DNA from: a bacterium
Lineage (GTDB): Bacteria; Patescibacteriota; Dojkabacteria; JAKAPS01; JAJZLI01
Assembly (NCBI GenBank): GCA_021816845.1
Contig: JAKAWT010000001.1
Span: 134,087 to 198,086, forward strand
Direction of reading: 5' to 3'
DNA: 64,000 nt
Shown here: in pieces, positions 9,640 to 19,639 of the stretch
How positions within the stretch are numbered: position 1 is the stretch's first letter
Layout: every line of letters begins with the position of its first letter
Notes under the pieces: generated by a model
Seen by the model: the letters and a program-made list of their open reading frames with translations, nothing else
Database searches by the model: none
What the model was told of the DNA's origin: nothing
Translations under genes and position numbers: made by a program

Positions 9640-11757
9640 CTAGTTTTTAGATAATTCTGCTCTTATTCTACGTATACCTTTACCGGCACTTTCTTGTTTT
9701 GTAATTTTAAATTTACCAAAATCTTTTGTATTGCCAAAATGTGTTCCTCCACACAGCTCCATAGAAAAATCTCCTATTTCAATAACTCTTACTTTAGTAC
9801 TATATTTACCTTTAAATATAAGATCCACCCCTAATGATTCTGCTTCCTTTAATGTCATCTCTTTAACTTTAACATCCAAATTTTTATTAATCTCAGAGTT
9901 TATTAAATCCTCTATTTTCTTTATCTCATCATCCGTTAATTGTCTTTGAAAGTTAAAATCAAATCTTATCCTATGATCATCAATATATGCACCTTTTTGA
10001 GATATCTGGTCTCCTAATATAACTTTCAAGGCTTTATTTAAAAGATGTGCGGTTGAATGATTATATGATGTTTTAATACGTGATTCTTGATCAACAAAAC
10101 AGTCAACTATATCCCCTTCACTAATTGAAGATTCTTTCCCTTCAGAATGAGCATCCATATATTCTCCGATGTGCAAATAGACACCTTTCTTCGTTTTTTT
10201 TACATTTTTGACTTTAATACTGAAACCATTGCCTCTAACCTCACCAATATCACCTTTTTGGCCACCTCCTTCAGCAAAAAATGGGGTTTTATCTAACACA
10301 AATTGTATTTCATCTCCTAGGTCAAGTACATACAAAACTTTAGCACCTTTAAGATTCAAATCTTGGTATCCTATAAATTCGGTATTTTGTATATTTTGAA
10401 GTTCTATTTCCATATTTTTTCCTAAAGTGAATGAAGAATTTGTTCTTGATTTATCTTGTTGTATTTTATATAAATTGTCAAACTCCGTCTCATCAAAACT
10501 TATATTTTTTGAATTTAGAATATCTTTTATTATTTCAATATTAAGACCATAAGTATCATGAAGCTTGAACATATCCTCTCCTTTTAGATGTTTAACAGAT
10601 CCTAATTTCTCGACCATAGAATCAAGCTTCTTCATACCCTTCTCTAAAACATTTTTAAACTTTATTTCTTCTTCGTCTATTTCTTTCATTATTTTATCCT
10701 TATTTAGTGAAAGTTCAGGATAAAAATTGGAATATTTTAAAATAACAGATTCTGCAACACTAGATAAAAATGGAAATTCTCCACCAATTTGTATAACTTG
10801 TACCATAGCTCTTCTTAATAACCTTCGTAAAACATAACCCCTATACTCGTTTGAAGGAATGAGACCATCAGCAATTAAAAATGTAATTCCTCTTACATGA
10901 TCGGCTATTATATTTATAGATCTTTCATTTTTTATATTAGAACTTACATTACTTTTTATTTTATCCACAATAGGAATAAATAAGTCTGTTTTAAATACAG
11001 AATCAACATTCTGAAGCACAGCAGTAAGTCTTTCAAGTCCTGCACCTGTATCTACATTTGTGTATGGGAGCCTAGAGAATCTAGAATTTTCATCTTTATA
11101 ATATTCCATAAAAACTCCAGCGTTCCAAATTTCTACAAACCTATCACAAGAACAACCAGGTTTGCATGTTGGCTTCAGACAACCTTTATCCTTGCCATTG
11201 TCATAATATATCTCTGTAGAAGGTCCGCAAGGACCTGTAAGTCCAGGAGGTCCCCAGAAATTATCCTTAAATGGTAGTGCAATAATTTTTGATTTCGGAA
11301 TTCCTATATCTTCCCATAATTCTTCTGATTCGGTATCCCTTGGAATAATATTACCACCATGGAGTTCACTGTCCTGGAATCCTTCAAAAATACTAACCCA
11401 CAATTTATCCTTATCAATTTTAAAATGATTTACTAAAAGGTCGTAAGCAAGAGAAATTGCTTCTTTTTTATAATAATCACCAAATGACCATGATCCCAAC
11501 ATCTCGAAAAAAGTCAGGTGCCTTCCATCACTTCCTATATCATCAATATCTACTGTCCTGAAACTTTTTTGTACTGAACATACCCTAGGATTCTCAAACT
11601 CTTTCTCACGCATTAAGTAAGGCATCATCTGGACCATACCTGCTGTTGTAAAAAGAATACTTTCATCGTCAGGAATTAAACCTGATGATTTGTATAACTG
11701 ATGTTTATTATCAGTAAAAAATTTTATAAATCTTTCTCTTACTACACTTCCTTCCAT
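9640..11757 (-). CDS. alaS: Alanine--tRNA ligase. It is a short 705 aa form that lacks the C-terminal C-Ala domain.
   Basis: N-terminal FTTAGMVQ catalytic-core motif. Editing-domain HSTAHLL and CGGTH zinc motifs. Confidence 0.9.
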   Translation of the reverse strand: MEGSVVRERFIKFFTDNKHQLYKSSGLIPDDESILFTTAGMVQMMPYLMREKEFENPRVCSVQKSFRTVDIDDIGSDGRHLTFFEMLGSWSFGDYYKKEAISLAYDLLVNHFKIDKDKLWVSIFEGFQDSELHGGNIIPRDTESEELWEDIGIPKSKIIALPFKDNFWGPPGLTGPCGPSTEIYYDNGKDKGCLKPTCKPGCSCDRFVEIWNAGVFMEYYKDENSRFSRLPYTNVDTGAGLERLTAVLQNVDSVFKTDLFIPIVDKIKSNVSSNIKNERSINIIADHVRGITFLIADGLIPSNEYRGYVLRRLLRRAMVQVIQIGGEFPFLSSVAESVILKYSNFYPELSLNKDKIMKEIDEEEIKFKNVLEKGMKKLDSMVEKLGSVKHLKGEDMFKLHDTYGLNIEIIKDILNSKNISFDETEFDNLYKIQQDKSRTNSSFTLGKNMEIELQNIQNTEFIGYQDLNLKGAKVLYVLDLGDEIQFVLDKTPFFAEGGGQKGDIGEVRGNGFSIKVKNVKKTKKGVYLHIGEYMDAHSEGKESSISEGDIVDCFVDQESRIKTSYNHSTAHLLNKALKVILGDQISQKGAYIDDHRIRFDFNFQRQLTDDEIKKIEDLINSEINKNLDVKVKEMTLKEAESLGVDLIFKGKYSTKVRVIEIGDFSMELCGGTHFGNTKDFGKFKITKQESAGKGIRRIRAELSKN

Positions 11758-11779
11758 ATTAATAACTTATTTGTAATTT

Positions 11780-11852
11780 AGACGACGATGGGATTCGAAC
11801 CCACGTACGCGGTTTTGCAGACCGCTTCCTGGACCAACTCGGATACGTCGCC
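11780..11852 (-). tRNA. tRNA-Cys (anticodon GCA).
   Basis: The cloverleaf folds manually. The acceptor stem is GGCGACG/CGTCGTC. The anticodon loop is CTGCAAA. The T-loop is GGTTCGAATCC. The discriminator is U73, as expected for tRNA-Cys. CCA is not encoded. Confidence 0.8.
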
Positions 11853-11926
11853 AATATATTGATCGCTAATATATTGGAATTATACCAAATTTAAAAGATT
11901 CAGGGTAATTGACTAGGACATTCCTA

Positions 11927-13153
11927 CTATGATAATTTATTAGCTAATGCTCCAAAAAATATAAATGAGTATTTCTCGCCTTGGTAAGCCTTATACATAA
12001 GTAATATACTCAGTAACACCCATATTATAAATAATATGACATTAGCAATAAGGAATGCTAAAGATAATGACCCTCGAGACAAAGATGTAAAAACTAAGAA
12101 AATTATTATGAATACAAGGTTAAATCCTATACTTTGAACTGCATGAAATTTTAAAAATTTGTCATTCCTTAAATATGAGTATATAAGCATCAATACATTT
12201 AATCCTATAACATAAGATACAACACCAAATATATCTTCACTCCTATCTGGAATAGTTCCAGAATTTGTAGATTTGTCTTCTTGAGTCTGTCCTCCTTGGG
12301 TATTGACTCCTTGAGACTGATCATTTGTAGATGTTGTAGAGTTTGCCCCAGAAGTTGCATATGGGTTTATAAAAGTACCTTCAGATTTTTGACTAAAACC
12401 TTCTTGTTGTTGTGAAGTTTGAGTTGATATTGGAGGTAAATCAGTATTTGAGGTAACAAAATCAGGGTTCTGATATGTGTTTCCACTTATTGTAGATGGC
12501 TGATTAGGTATGCCAGTATCTACTGAAGTTGCAGAAGATAATGGGCTCGTATTTTGATTACTTGTTACATTAGTGTAAGGATCTGGAACTTCTTGGTGCT
12601 CTAATGGTTTATTTAAATTTTTAAAACTATCCATAGATAAAGCAGAATTTAGTACTTCATTTACCTCTGCCCTATTCTTATTGGCATCATCATTATCTGA
12701 TCCAGATAAAGTGGCATTATTTGAAGTAATATTATCTGATACAACAGTATTTTGAGAATAATCAAGACCACCTAGAGTATTAATAGAGGATGGAGGTGTA
12801 CTGTCAACGCTACCACTTGCTGTAGTATTAGTATTATCAGTTGAAGGTGGTACCACAGAGGTATTTCCTCCTAAAGGATTGGGTACAGAATTAGCATTAG
12901 ATGTGTAAGGATTAGATTTGTTACCTAAAACAAAATCATATGGATCATTGATTTTTATTGGTTCACTATCTGATGCTGACGTTGGACTCTGTGTATTTGC
13001 TACATTTGGCTCGGGAGCATTAGTCTCCTCATTAACATTTTGTACAGGATTAGTATCTTGATTTACTTGAACACTAGCATTAGTTTGATCATCTCCACTC
13101 ATTGTTGGTATTTGAAAATCTTGATTAGGTTTTATAACATTATCGTCATCCAT
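11927..13153 (-). CDS. Membrane protein with a roughly 300 aa low-complexity S/T/N/Q/P-rich N-terminal region and a C-terminal 3-TM domain.
   Basis: Composition and hydropathy. The C-terminal helices contain an HAVQS motif. No catalytic motifs are recognisable. Confidence 0.5.
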   Translation of the reverse strand: MDDDNVIKPNQDFQIPTMSGDDQTNASVQVNQDTNPVQNVNEETNAPEPNVANTQSPTSASDSEPIKINDPYDFVLGNKSNPYTSNANSVPNPLGGNTSVVPPSTDNTNTTASGSVDSTPPSSINTLGGLDYSQNTVVSDNITSNNATLSGSDNDDANKNRAEVNEVLNSALSMDSFKNLNKPLEHQEVPDPYTNVTSNQNTSPLSSATSVDTGIPNQPSTISGNTYQNPDFVTSNTDLPPISTQTSQQQEGFSQKSEGTFINPYATSGANSTTSTNDQSQGVNTQGGQTQEDKSTNSGTIPDRSEDIFGVVSYVIGLNVLMLIYSYLRNDKFLKFHAVQSIGFNLVFIIIFLVFTSLSRGSLSLAFLIANVILFIIWVLLSILLMYKAYQGEKYSFIFFGALANKLS

Positions 13154-13210
13154 GGTGTATTATAATAATATAACTATAATTATAGCATTTCATATCAAAA
13201 AAAAAATAAA

Positions 13211-14344
13211 GTGAATAAAAACTATATATACTTTGACAATTCAGCTACAACAAAAATCGATCAGAGAGTCATTGATGTAATGATTCCTCATATAAAAACC
13301 TTATATGGGAACCCATCAAGTCTACATATGGAAGGACAAAAAGCTAGAAGAGTTATTGATACATCAAGAGAAATCATAGCTTCATATATAGGCTCTGATA
13401 TACAAGAAATTATTTTTACTTCTGGAGGGACTGAAAGTAATAATACTGTAATAAATGGTGTAGCTCATGCATTAAATAAGAAAGGCAAACATATAATAAC
13501 AACATCCATAGAACATGATTCAATACTTCAACCACTAGAAAATCTAAAAGGGTTCGATATAACATATTTAAAACCATCAAAAACAGGTCATATAGATCTG
13601 GATGATCTAAAATCTAAAATTAGGGATGATACTATTCTTATATCTATAGCATATGCAAATTCAGAAATAGGGTCAATTCAGAACATCCCAAAAATAGCAG
13701 AAATAGCCCATGAAAAAGGTGTATTGGTTCATACTGATGCAATGCAAGCAGCTAAATATAGAGATATTAATATACAGAATATTGGGGTTGATCTTATGAC
13801 TTTTGGTGCACATAAAATAAACGGACCAAAGGGTATCGGAGCTTTATTTATAAAAAGAGGAACTATGATAAAACCTCTCATATATGGGGGATCCCAAGAG
13901 TATAGATTTAGAGGAGGAACTGAAAATACACCATTGATTGCAGGATTTGCTAAAGCTGTAGAACTTTTACAAAATGAAAAAATGGTAAGAGCAAAATATG
14001 TAGAATCTTTGAGGGATATGTTTGAATCTGGTTTGCAAAATTATTTAAAAGATATAAAAATAAATGGTGGAGGAGAAAGGTTAGAAAGCATATCTAATAT
14101 ATATTTTAGAAATATATCTACTGAAACTATGATTATAAATTTAGATATGAAAGGTGTTGCTGCATCGGCAGGATCAGCATGTTCTTCCCTATCTTTAGAA
14201 CCTTCACATGTTTTAACATCTATAGGACTAAGTAAAGATGAAGCTAAGCATTCTGTAAGATTTAGTTTTGGCCATGAAAATACTAAATTTGAAATAGAAA
14301 AATGCATAAAGATAATAAGAAAAATATATGGAAATCAATTATAA
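13211..14344 (+). CDS. Cysteine desulfurase (class I, IscS/NifS-like).
   Basis: SGGTESNN, PLP-lysine motif HKINGPKG and active-site SAGSACSS. Confidence 0.85.
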   Translation: MNKNYIYFDNSATTKIDQRVIDVMIPHIKTLYGNPSSLHMEGQKARRVIDTSREIIASYIGSDIQEIIFTSGGTESNNTVINGVAHALNKKGKHIITTSIEHDSILQPLENLKGFDITYLKPSKTGHIDLDDLKSKIRDDTILISIAYANSEIGSIQNIPKIAEIAHEKGVLVHTDAMQAAKYRDINIQNIGVDLMTFGAHKINGPKGIGALFIKRGTMIKPLIYGGSQEYRFRGGTENTPLIAGFAKAVELLQNEKMVRAKYVESLRDMFESGLQNYLKDIKINGGGERLESISNIYFRNISTETMIINLDMKGVAASAGSACSSLSLEPSHVLTSIGLSKDEAKHSVRFSFGHENTKFEIEKCIKIIRKIYGNQL

Positions 14345-15590
14345 CGAAGAAAAAGATATAAGAATATCAAAGCGTATTGAAGCTGTCGCCTATATTTTTA
14401 TAGTTTTATACCTTATTTTTTATAGCTACTTAAACATCAACCAAAACAGTAAAGAATTGTTAATAATAAACAATATCCTAGCATTTACTTTTATTTTAAC
14501 CATATTTTCTATTAATCATATAGTTAGAATAAAATTATTGGCAAAAAAAATTTTTACAGAGGTTATATTATTAACTGTATGGATTTTCATAGAAATATTA
14601 TTTTTTACTACTAAAGATAGTCCCATATTTTTTATATTACCAATTTTAATAATAACTACAGTTATGTCTTATGACAATATCAAAAATGTGATTATCTATA
14701 TATCTATAATTACTATTGGACTTATATCTTTATTTTTTATTCCTTATTACAATAGCCATAACGAAATAGGTATTACAATAATAAAATTTTGGGTGGTATT
14801 TTTCATTATAACTGCAAGTTTCTCATATTTATATGTATATAGGCAGATGACAGAAAAATATCAAGAAGAAAAGGAACTTGCAAAACATAATGAAGCTTTA
14901 ACTAAAGAGAAAAATTCTTTCGTAAGAATTCTTTCTACAGAATTAAAAGATCCTATTAAAAATACTGAAATGCAATTACAAGAAATCCTAGATAAGAATA
15001 AATATGTGTTTAATCCTAATATGAGAGATATTTTAGAAAAAACACTGACGAATGCAAAAACGTTGGATAACTTATCTCAAAATATCTTAACAATGGATAA
15101 CTCAAATATAGATAGTATAACATTTGCCCTCCAGAAAATAGATCTCGGAAATATCTTAAAAGAAGTATTAAGTACACTTGATTTAAAAGCTAAGGAAAGG
15201 AATATATCTATTGTATCTCAAGATATAAAAAATATATATGTGAATGCAGACTATAACAGACTAGGAGAAATTCTGCGTAATGTTATAGATAATGCAATCA
15301 AATATACAGATGAAGGTGGAAATGTATCTATTTTTATATCTAAAGAAAATAATAAAATATATATAAAAATCCAAGATACTGGTATAGGTATACCTGCAGA
15401 TGATATTGATAAACTTTTCACAAAATTTTATAGAGCATCAAACGTGGAGAAAAATACAAAACAAGGTACTGGATTAGGGCTATATCTTGTAAAACAATAT
15501 GTAGAAAAAATGAATGGAGAAATAAAAATAGAGAGTGTTCTTAATAAGGGTACAACTATTACATTAATTATACCTCAATATGGAGAATGA
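14328..15590 (+). CDS. Membrane-bound histidine-kinase-like protein. Its phospho-acceptor H-box histidine is replaced by Thr (ILSTELKDP), while the HATPase domain is intact.
   Basis: About 6 TM helices. N-box NAIKYT, G1 box DTGIGI and G2 box GTGLGLYL. The H-box aligns to SHELRSP in the neighbouring kinases but reads STELKDP. Codon ACA at 14937-14939. Confidence 0.7.
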   Translation: MEINYNEEKDIRISKRIEAVAYIFIVLYLIFYSYLNINQNSKELLIINNILAFTFILTIFSINHIVRIKLLAKKIFTEVILLTVWIFIEILFFTTKDSPIFFILPILIITTVMSYDNIKNVIIYISIITIGLISLFFIPYYNSHNEIGITIIKFWVVFFIITASFSYLYVYRQMTEKYQEEKELAKHNEALTKEKNSFVRILSTELKDPIKNTEMQLQEILDKNKYVFNPNMRDILEKTLTNAKTLDNLSQNILTMDNSNIDSITFALQKIDLGNILKEVLSTLDLKAKERNISIVSQDIKNIYVNADYNRLGEILRNVIDNAIKYTDEGGNVSIFISKENNKIYIKIQDTGIGIPADDIDKLFTKFYRASNVEKNTKQGTGLGLYLVKQYVEKMNGEIKIESVLNKGTTITLIIPQYGE

Positions 15591-16830
15591 TATACGAAAA
15601 TCTATAGAACTGGAGAAAAATCAAAAGTTATCAATAATGATAAGAAACACTATTGGTGTCTTTGCAATTATCATTGGCATACTTTTATTTAATCTTTCTT
15701 TTTTTTCTATAACCCACCTTCAATCAATCTTTATAATATCGGGGTCAGTAGGATCTATATTAATTGTTCTTATATTAAATTATCTTATAAGAACTCCAAG
15801 TGCAAATAAAAATAGACTAGAACTATTTTTATTCTTCATAGTTGTATCACCTCTTGTAATATTATTTGGGGGACCTAAAAGTCCATTTGTTATAGTTTAT
15901 ATGATAATTTTATTTCAAGCCATAATAATTGATGAGGATAATTTTAATTTTATTATTGCTAATCTTCTTCCTATATTCATAAACATAATATATATAATAA
16001 TAACAAGAGAAATCAGCTTAGAAATAATAGTGTTTATTATAATGGAAATTCTAATAAATGTATTTCTATCCATAGAATCTAAAGACCTACTCTATATCAC
16101 ACATACTATTTTAAATAAATATGAAGATGAGAAAAAAACTACAGAAATGATGGAGAGTGTTAATAAGGAGAAAGATGAATTTATATCCACTGCATCCCAT
16201 GAATTACGTTCACCAATATCAGCTGTAAGAGGTTATTTACAATTACTTACAATTGATGAAGATTATCAAAAACTCCCTAGAGATACTTACGAAGATTTAA
16301 AGAAACTTACTGCATCAGCAGAAGATTTAAATAAAGTAGTAGATAACTTATTAAATACCTCCAGAATAGATTTAAATCGAATATATATAAATAAAGTAGA
16401 TACAAACTTAAATTTACAAATATTTAAATCTATTGCAAAAATCATACAGAAAGCAGAGTTAAAAAAAATGAAATTAATATTCAAACCTTACACTGATAAT
16501 ACCATTGTTAATACAGATTCCGAGAAATTATCCGATGTTATAGTAAATATAATTGATAATTCTATAGAAAACTCTCCAGAAGGGGCAGAAATAATTATAA
16601 CTACAGAGAAAAAAGGTAATATTAATCTTATAATTATAAGAGATTTTGGCTATGGTATACCACAGACCATCCTCCCGCATATTTTTGAAAAGTTCTATAT
16701 ATCATCAAACAGAAATAAAAGAACTGGGCTAGGATTATATCTTTCTTATAATTTTATGAGAATGATAGGTGGTAATTTGAAAATTGAGAGTATAGAGAAT
16801 ACAGGAACTACTGCTATTATTGAAATTTAA
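15580..16830 (+). CDS. Membrane-bound sensor histidine kinase.
   Basis: Multiple TM helices. H-box TASHELRSPISAV. A degenerate G-box region ending GLGLYLS. It overlaps the upstream kinase-like gene by 11 nt. Confidence 0.75.
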   Translation: MENDIRKSIELEKNQKLSIMIRNTIGVFAIIIGILLFNLSFFSITHLQSIFIISGSVGSILIVLILNYLIRTPSANKNRLELFLFFIVVSPLVILFGGPKSPFVIVYMIILFQAIIIDEDNFNFIIANLLPIFINIIYIIITREISLEIIVFIIMEILINVFLSIESKDLLYITHTILNKYEDEKKTTEMMESVNKEKDEFISTASHELRSPISAVRGYLQLLTIDEDYQKLPRDTYEDLKKLTASAEDLNKVVDNLLNTSRIDLNRIYINKVDTNLNLQIFKSIAKIIQKAELKKMKLIFKPYTDNTIVNTDSEKLSDVIVNIIDNSIENSPEGAEIIITTEKKGNINLIIIRDFGYGIPQTILPHIFEKFYISSNRNKRTGLGLYLSYNFMRMIGGNLKIESIENTGTTAIIEI

Positions 16831-16863
16831 ACCATTTATCACTATAATAACATTGTTTTATAT

Positions 16864-16935
16864 TCCTCGGTAGCTCAACGGTAGAGCGGCTCGCTGTTAA
16901 CGAGAAGGTTCTAGGTTCGAATCCTAGCCGGGGAG
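16864..16935 (+). tRNA. tRNA-Asn (anticodon GUU).
   Basis: D-arm GCTCAACGGTAGAGC. Anticodon loop CTGTTAA. T-arm CTAGGTTCGAATCCTAG. Acceptor stem TCCTCGG/CCGGGGA. Confidence 0.85.
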
Positions 16936-16981
16936 TTTTATATATGTTTAGATTTCTCCATTCATATATAGTTTTTTAATT

Positions 16982-18391
16982 TTAGATACAACAGCTAACG
17001 CTAGATAGATCACGTATAGAAGATTGAGCTACTAATTTTATCAATTCTGAAAGAGTCGGGAATATATGAATTGTATCTGCTACTTCTGATACTGTCATCT
17101 TATTTTTAACTATCATGACAGCCTCATGTATGATATCTACGGCATCCTTAGATATTAAATGCATTCCTAGTATTTCCTTTGTATCATGATCAATAACCAT
17201 TTTTATATACCCTCTAGTATCTCCTATCAACAAAGCCTTTGGTACCTTATCTAAAGTTAAAGATAAGCAGGAACAATTAAGATTAGTTTGAAAAACATCT
17301 TCATCTCTTAGTCCTACACCTGCAACAGATGGTGTAGCAAAAATTGCATAAGGAACTTCATCATAGTTTATAAAAGAATGATTCCCCTGAATAATATTTA
17401 AAACTGCAAGAGAACCTTCTCTTCCAGCTGTAGTTTCCATTCTTTTTTGTACATCTATAACATCGCCAACAGCGTATATACTAGGATTTGAAGTTTGTAA
17501 ATACTTATTAACCTTAATAGAATGATTTTCTGATATATCAACATTCACTTTATCCAGATTTAAAGATTCTATATTTGGATTTTTTCCTATTGCAAAAAGA
17601 ACTTTATCAAAAACAATTTCAGACTCCCCATCTGGATTTTCTACAAAAGCTCGTCCAGTTTCATCTTTATTTTTTTCAAACCTAGAAACCTTTCCATTCT
17701 TTATTATATCAATGCCGTCTTCTTTAAGATATTTCTCCAAATATTCAGATATTTCTGGTTCTGTTCCTTTAATAAGTCTATCTCCTCTTGTAATCAGAGT
17801 AACTTTACTACCAAAGTGTGAAAACATTTGTGCAAATTCTACACCAACAGCGCCACCTCCTATTATAGTTAACTTAGAAGGTAATTTCTTTAAATGAAGA
17901 GCCTCAATATGTGTCATATAATCTATACTTTCTACACCCTTTACATCAATAAGCTTTGCTTTTGAACCAGTTGCTATTACAAATTTTTCTCCTTTTATTT
18001 TTTTTCCTGATATATCTACTTCATTTTCAGAAATAAATGAAGCTTTCCCTTTAATAAAATCAACATGAGGAAGTTTTCTAAGAACCTGTTCATATTTTTC
18101 ATTCCTCATATTATCCACAATATTTAATTGTGAATGAACAATATCTTCAAAATCAAATTGGACATTTTTAATTTTTATAGAATTAAATCTGGGATTTTTA
18201 GATTCAAATATATACTCTGCATTCTCTATCATATATTTACTAGGAACACAGCCTACATTTACACACGTACCCCCTAAAGGAAGACCACTATTTATAATTA
18301 AAGTATCTACGTTTAACTCATTTGCCTTTATAGCGGCAGCAAAACCTCCTGCACCTCCACCTATTATTATTAACTTATATGAATCTTTCAT
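16982..18391 (-). CDS. merA: Mercuric-reductase-like flavoprotein disulfide oxidoreductase. It has the MerA core without the NmerA domain. The active site is GGTCVNVGCVPSK and there is a C-terminal -SCCI dithiol.
   Basis: N-terminal GGGAGG FAD motif. Redox-active CVNVGC followed by VPSK. The vicinal Cys-Cys two residues from the C-terminus is a MerA hallmark. It lies in an operon with thiol-transfer proteins and an ArsR regulator. Confidence 0.6.
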   Translation of the reverse strand: MKDSYKLIIIGGGAGGFAAAIKANELNVDTLIINSGLPLGGTCVNVGCVPSKYMIENAEYIFESKNPRFNSIKIKNVQFDFEDIVHSQLNIVDNMRNEKYEQVLRKLPHVDFIKGKASFISENEVDISGKKIKGEKFVIATGSKAKLIDVKGVESIDYMTHIEALHLKKLPSKLTIIGGGAVGVEFAQMFSHFGSKVTLITRGDRLIKGTEPEISEYLEKYLKEDGIDIIKNGKVSRFEKNKDETGRAFVENPDGESEIVFDKVLFAIGKNPNIESLNLDKVNVDISENHSIKVNKYLQTSNPSIYAVGDVIDVQKRMETTAGREGSLAVLNIIQGNHSFINYDEVPYAIFATPSVAGVGLRDEDVFQTNLNCSCLSLTLDKVPKALLIGDTRGYIKMVIDHDTKEILGMHLISKDAVDIIHEAVMIVKNKMTVSEVADTIHIFPTLSELIKLVAQSSIRDLSSVSCCI

Positions 18392-19092
18392 AGTATTTTT
18401 AAACTAAAATAAGAACTTAATTGGTAATATATAATGTATAATCCTGCTAAAATCATTATTACCCCTGCAATTTTATTAACAAATTTTCTATATCTGAACA
18501 ATTTATCTTCTATAAAAGTATTAGATACTGCAAGAAGAAAAGATAATAGAAGAGAAATCAGAAATACTCCAGCAAGATATGATAGACCTACTACAATCGT
18601 ATTAAAATAGTTTTTCTCAATAAAGGTTGACAGTACAACTGATATAAACAATGGAAAAGAACACCCTAAAGATACTAATCCATATAATAAACCAAACAAA
18701 TAAATAGATAGAATATTGTTATTTTTCTTTACTTTTTTATCTACGTCAGATTGGAATTGGTGAAATATATTCAAAGATAATCCTCTATTTATAAGTGTAG
18801 AAATCCCTAAGCATATAATTATTATCCCAATAAAAACAGTAATTACAGGAATTACATTAATAATTATATTTCCAAATACAAAAATAATAATAGCAAATAT
18901 TATAAAAATTGTTGAAAACCCTAAAGCTAGAGCGATACCTCTAAACAAACCAAGATAAATTTTTTTCCAAGATTTATCCTCATTACTTTTAATGTAAAAT
19001 CCTATATATGCAGGAATCATCCCAACAGAACAAGGAGATAAAAAAGACAATATTCCTGCACTAAATGCTAAAGATATTAATATATCTGACAT
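18388..19092 (-). CDS. ccdA: CcdA/DsbD-family transmembrane thiol-disulfide transfer protein.
   Basis: Six TM helices. Conserved Cys in LSPCSVGMIP and a second Cys in a later helix (LGCSFP). It overlaps merA by 4 nt. Confidence 0.7.
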   Translation of the reverse strand: MSDILISLAFSAGILSFLSPCSVGMIPAYIGFYIKSNEDKSWKKIYLGLFRGIALALGFSTIFIIFAIIIFVFGNIIINVIPVITVFIGIIIICLGISTLINRGLSLNIFHQFQSDVDKKVKKNNNILSIYLFGLLYGLVSLGCSFPLFISVVLSTFIEKNYFNTIVVGLSYLAGVFLISLLLSFLLAVSNTFIEDKLFRYRKFVNKIAGVIMILAGLYIIYYQLSSYFSLKIL

Positions 19093-19096
19093 ATAG

Positions 19097-19639
19097 TTAT
19101 GATATAGAAGATAAAACCTTTCTAAGAGAACTTTCAGAAGGTAAAACTTTACTGTATACTAAATCTCCGTTTTTATTAATTATATAAACCATATCAAGAC
19201 TAGTAACTTTATAATCTTCTAAAAATGTATTACTTTTTGCTATGACATAAGATACTCGACCATTACCGTTAGTTATTGAATTGATCCATGGCATTAATTC
19301 TGAATATGTATCTATGCTATTTATATCTACTCCATAAAACTTCACATTATTGTATAAGGACGATATTTTTGATAATTCTTTTGATAGTACAGCACAATCT
19401 GCACATCCAGCCTCTATAGTGAATAACACCTGTGCTTTGCTACTTACTCCACCAATATTTACTAATTGATTATTACTATTCATAAAAGATACTACTGGAG
19501 CTATCACTTTGACTGTTTTATTAGTAGTATTCCCTCTTAAAGAACTTCCAGAATTTACTACAAGTATTAATAAGACTATAAATATTACCACACCAACCAT
19601 TATTAATATTACATTTCTACTAGTATTTTTCTTGCTCAT
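19097..19639 (-). CDS. Membrane-anchored thioredoxin-fold protein (TlpA/ResA-like) with a CxxC motif (CADC).
   Basis: N-terminal TM, then a thioredoxin-like domain with AGCADCAV. Confidence 0.6.
   Translation of the reverse strand: MSKKNTSRNVILIMVGVVIFIVLLILVVNSGSSLRGNTTNKTVKVIAPVVSFMNSNNQLVNIGGVSSKAQVLFTIEAGCADCAVLSKELSKISSLYNNVKFYGVDINSIDTYSELMPWINSITNGNGRVSYVIAKSNTFLEDYKVTSLDMVYIINKNGDLVYSKVLPSESSLRKVLSSIS

Noticed and set aside
18388-19639. The CcdA and Trx-like genes as part of a cytochrome c maturation (system II) locus.
   Set aside because: No ResB/ResC (CcsBA) or cytochrome genes are nearby. The genes are translationally coupled to a MerA-like reductase under an ArsR regulator, so a metal or thiol-detoxification role is more coherent. 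It remains an alternative.
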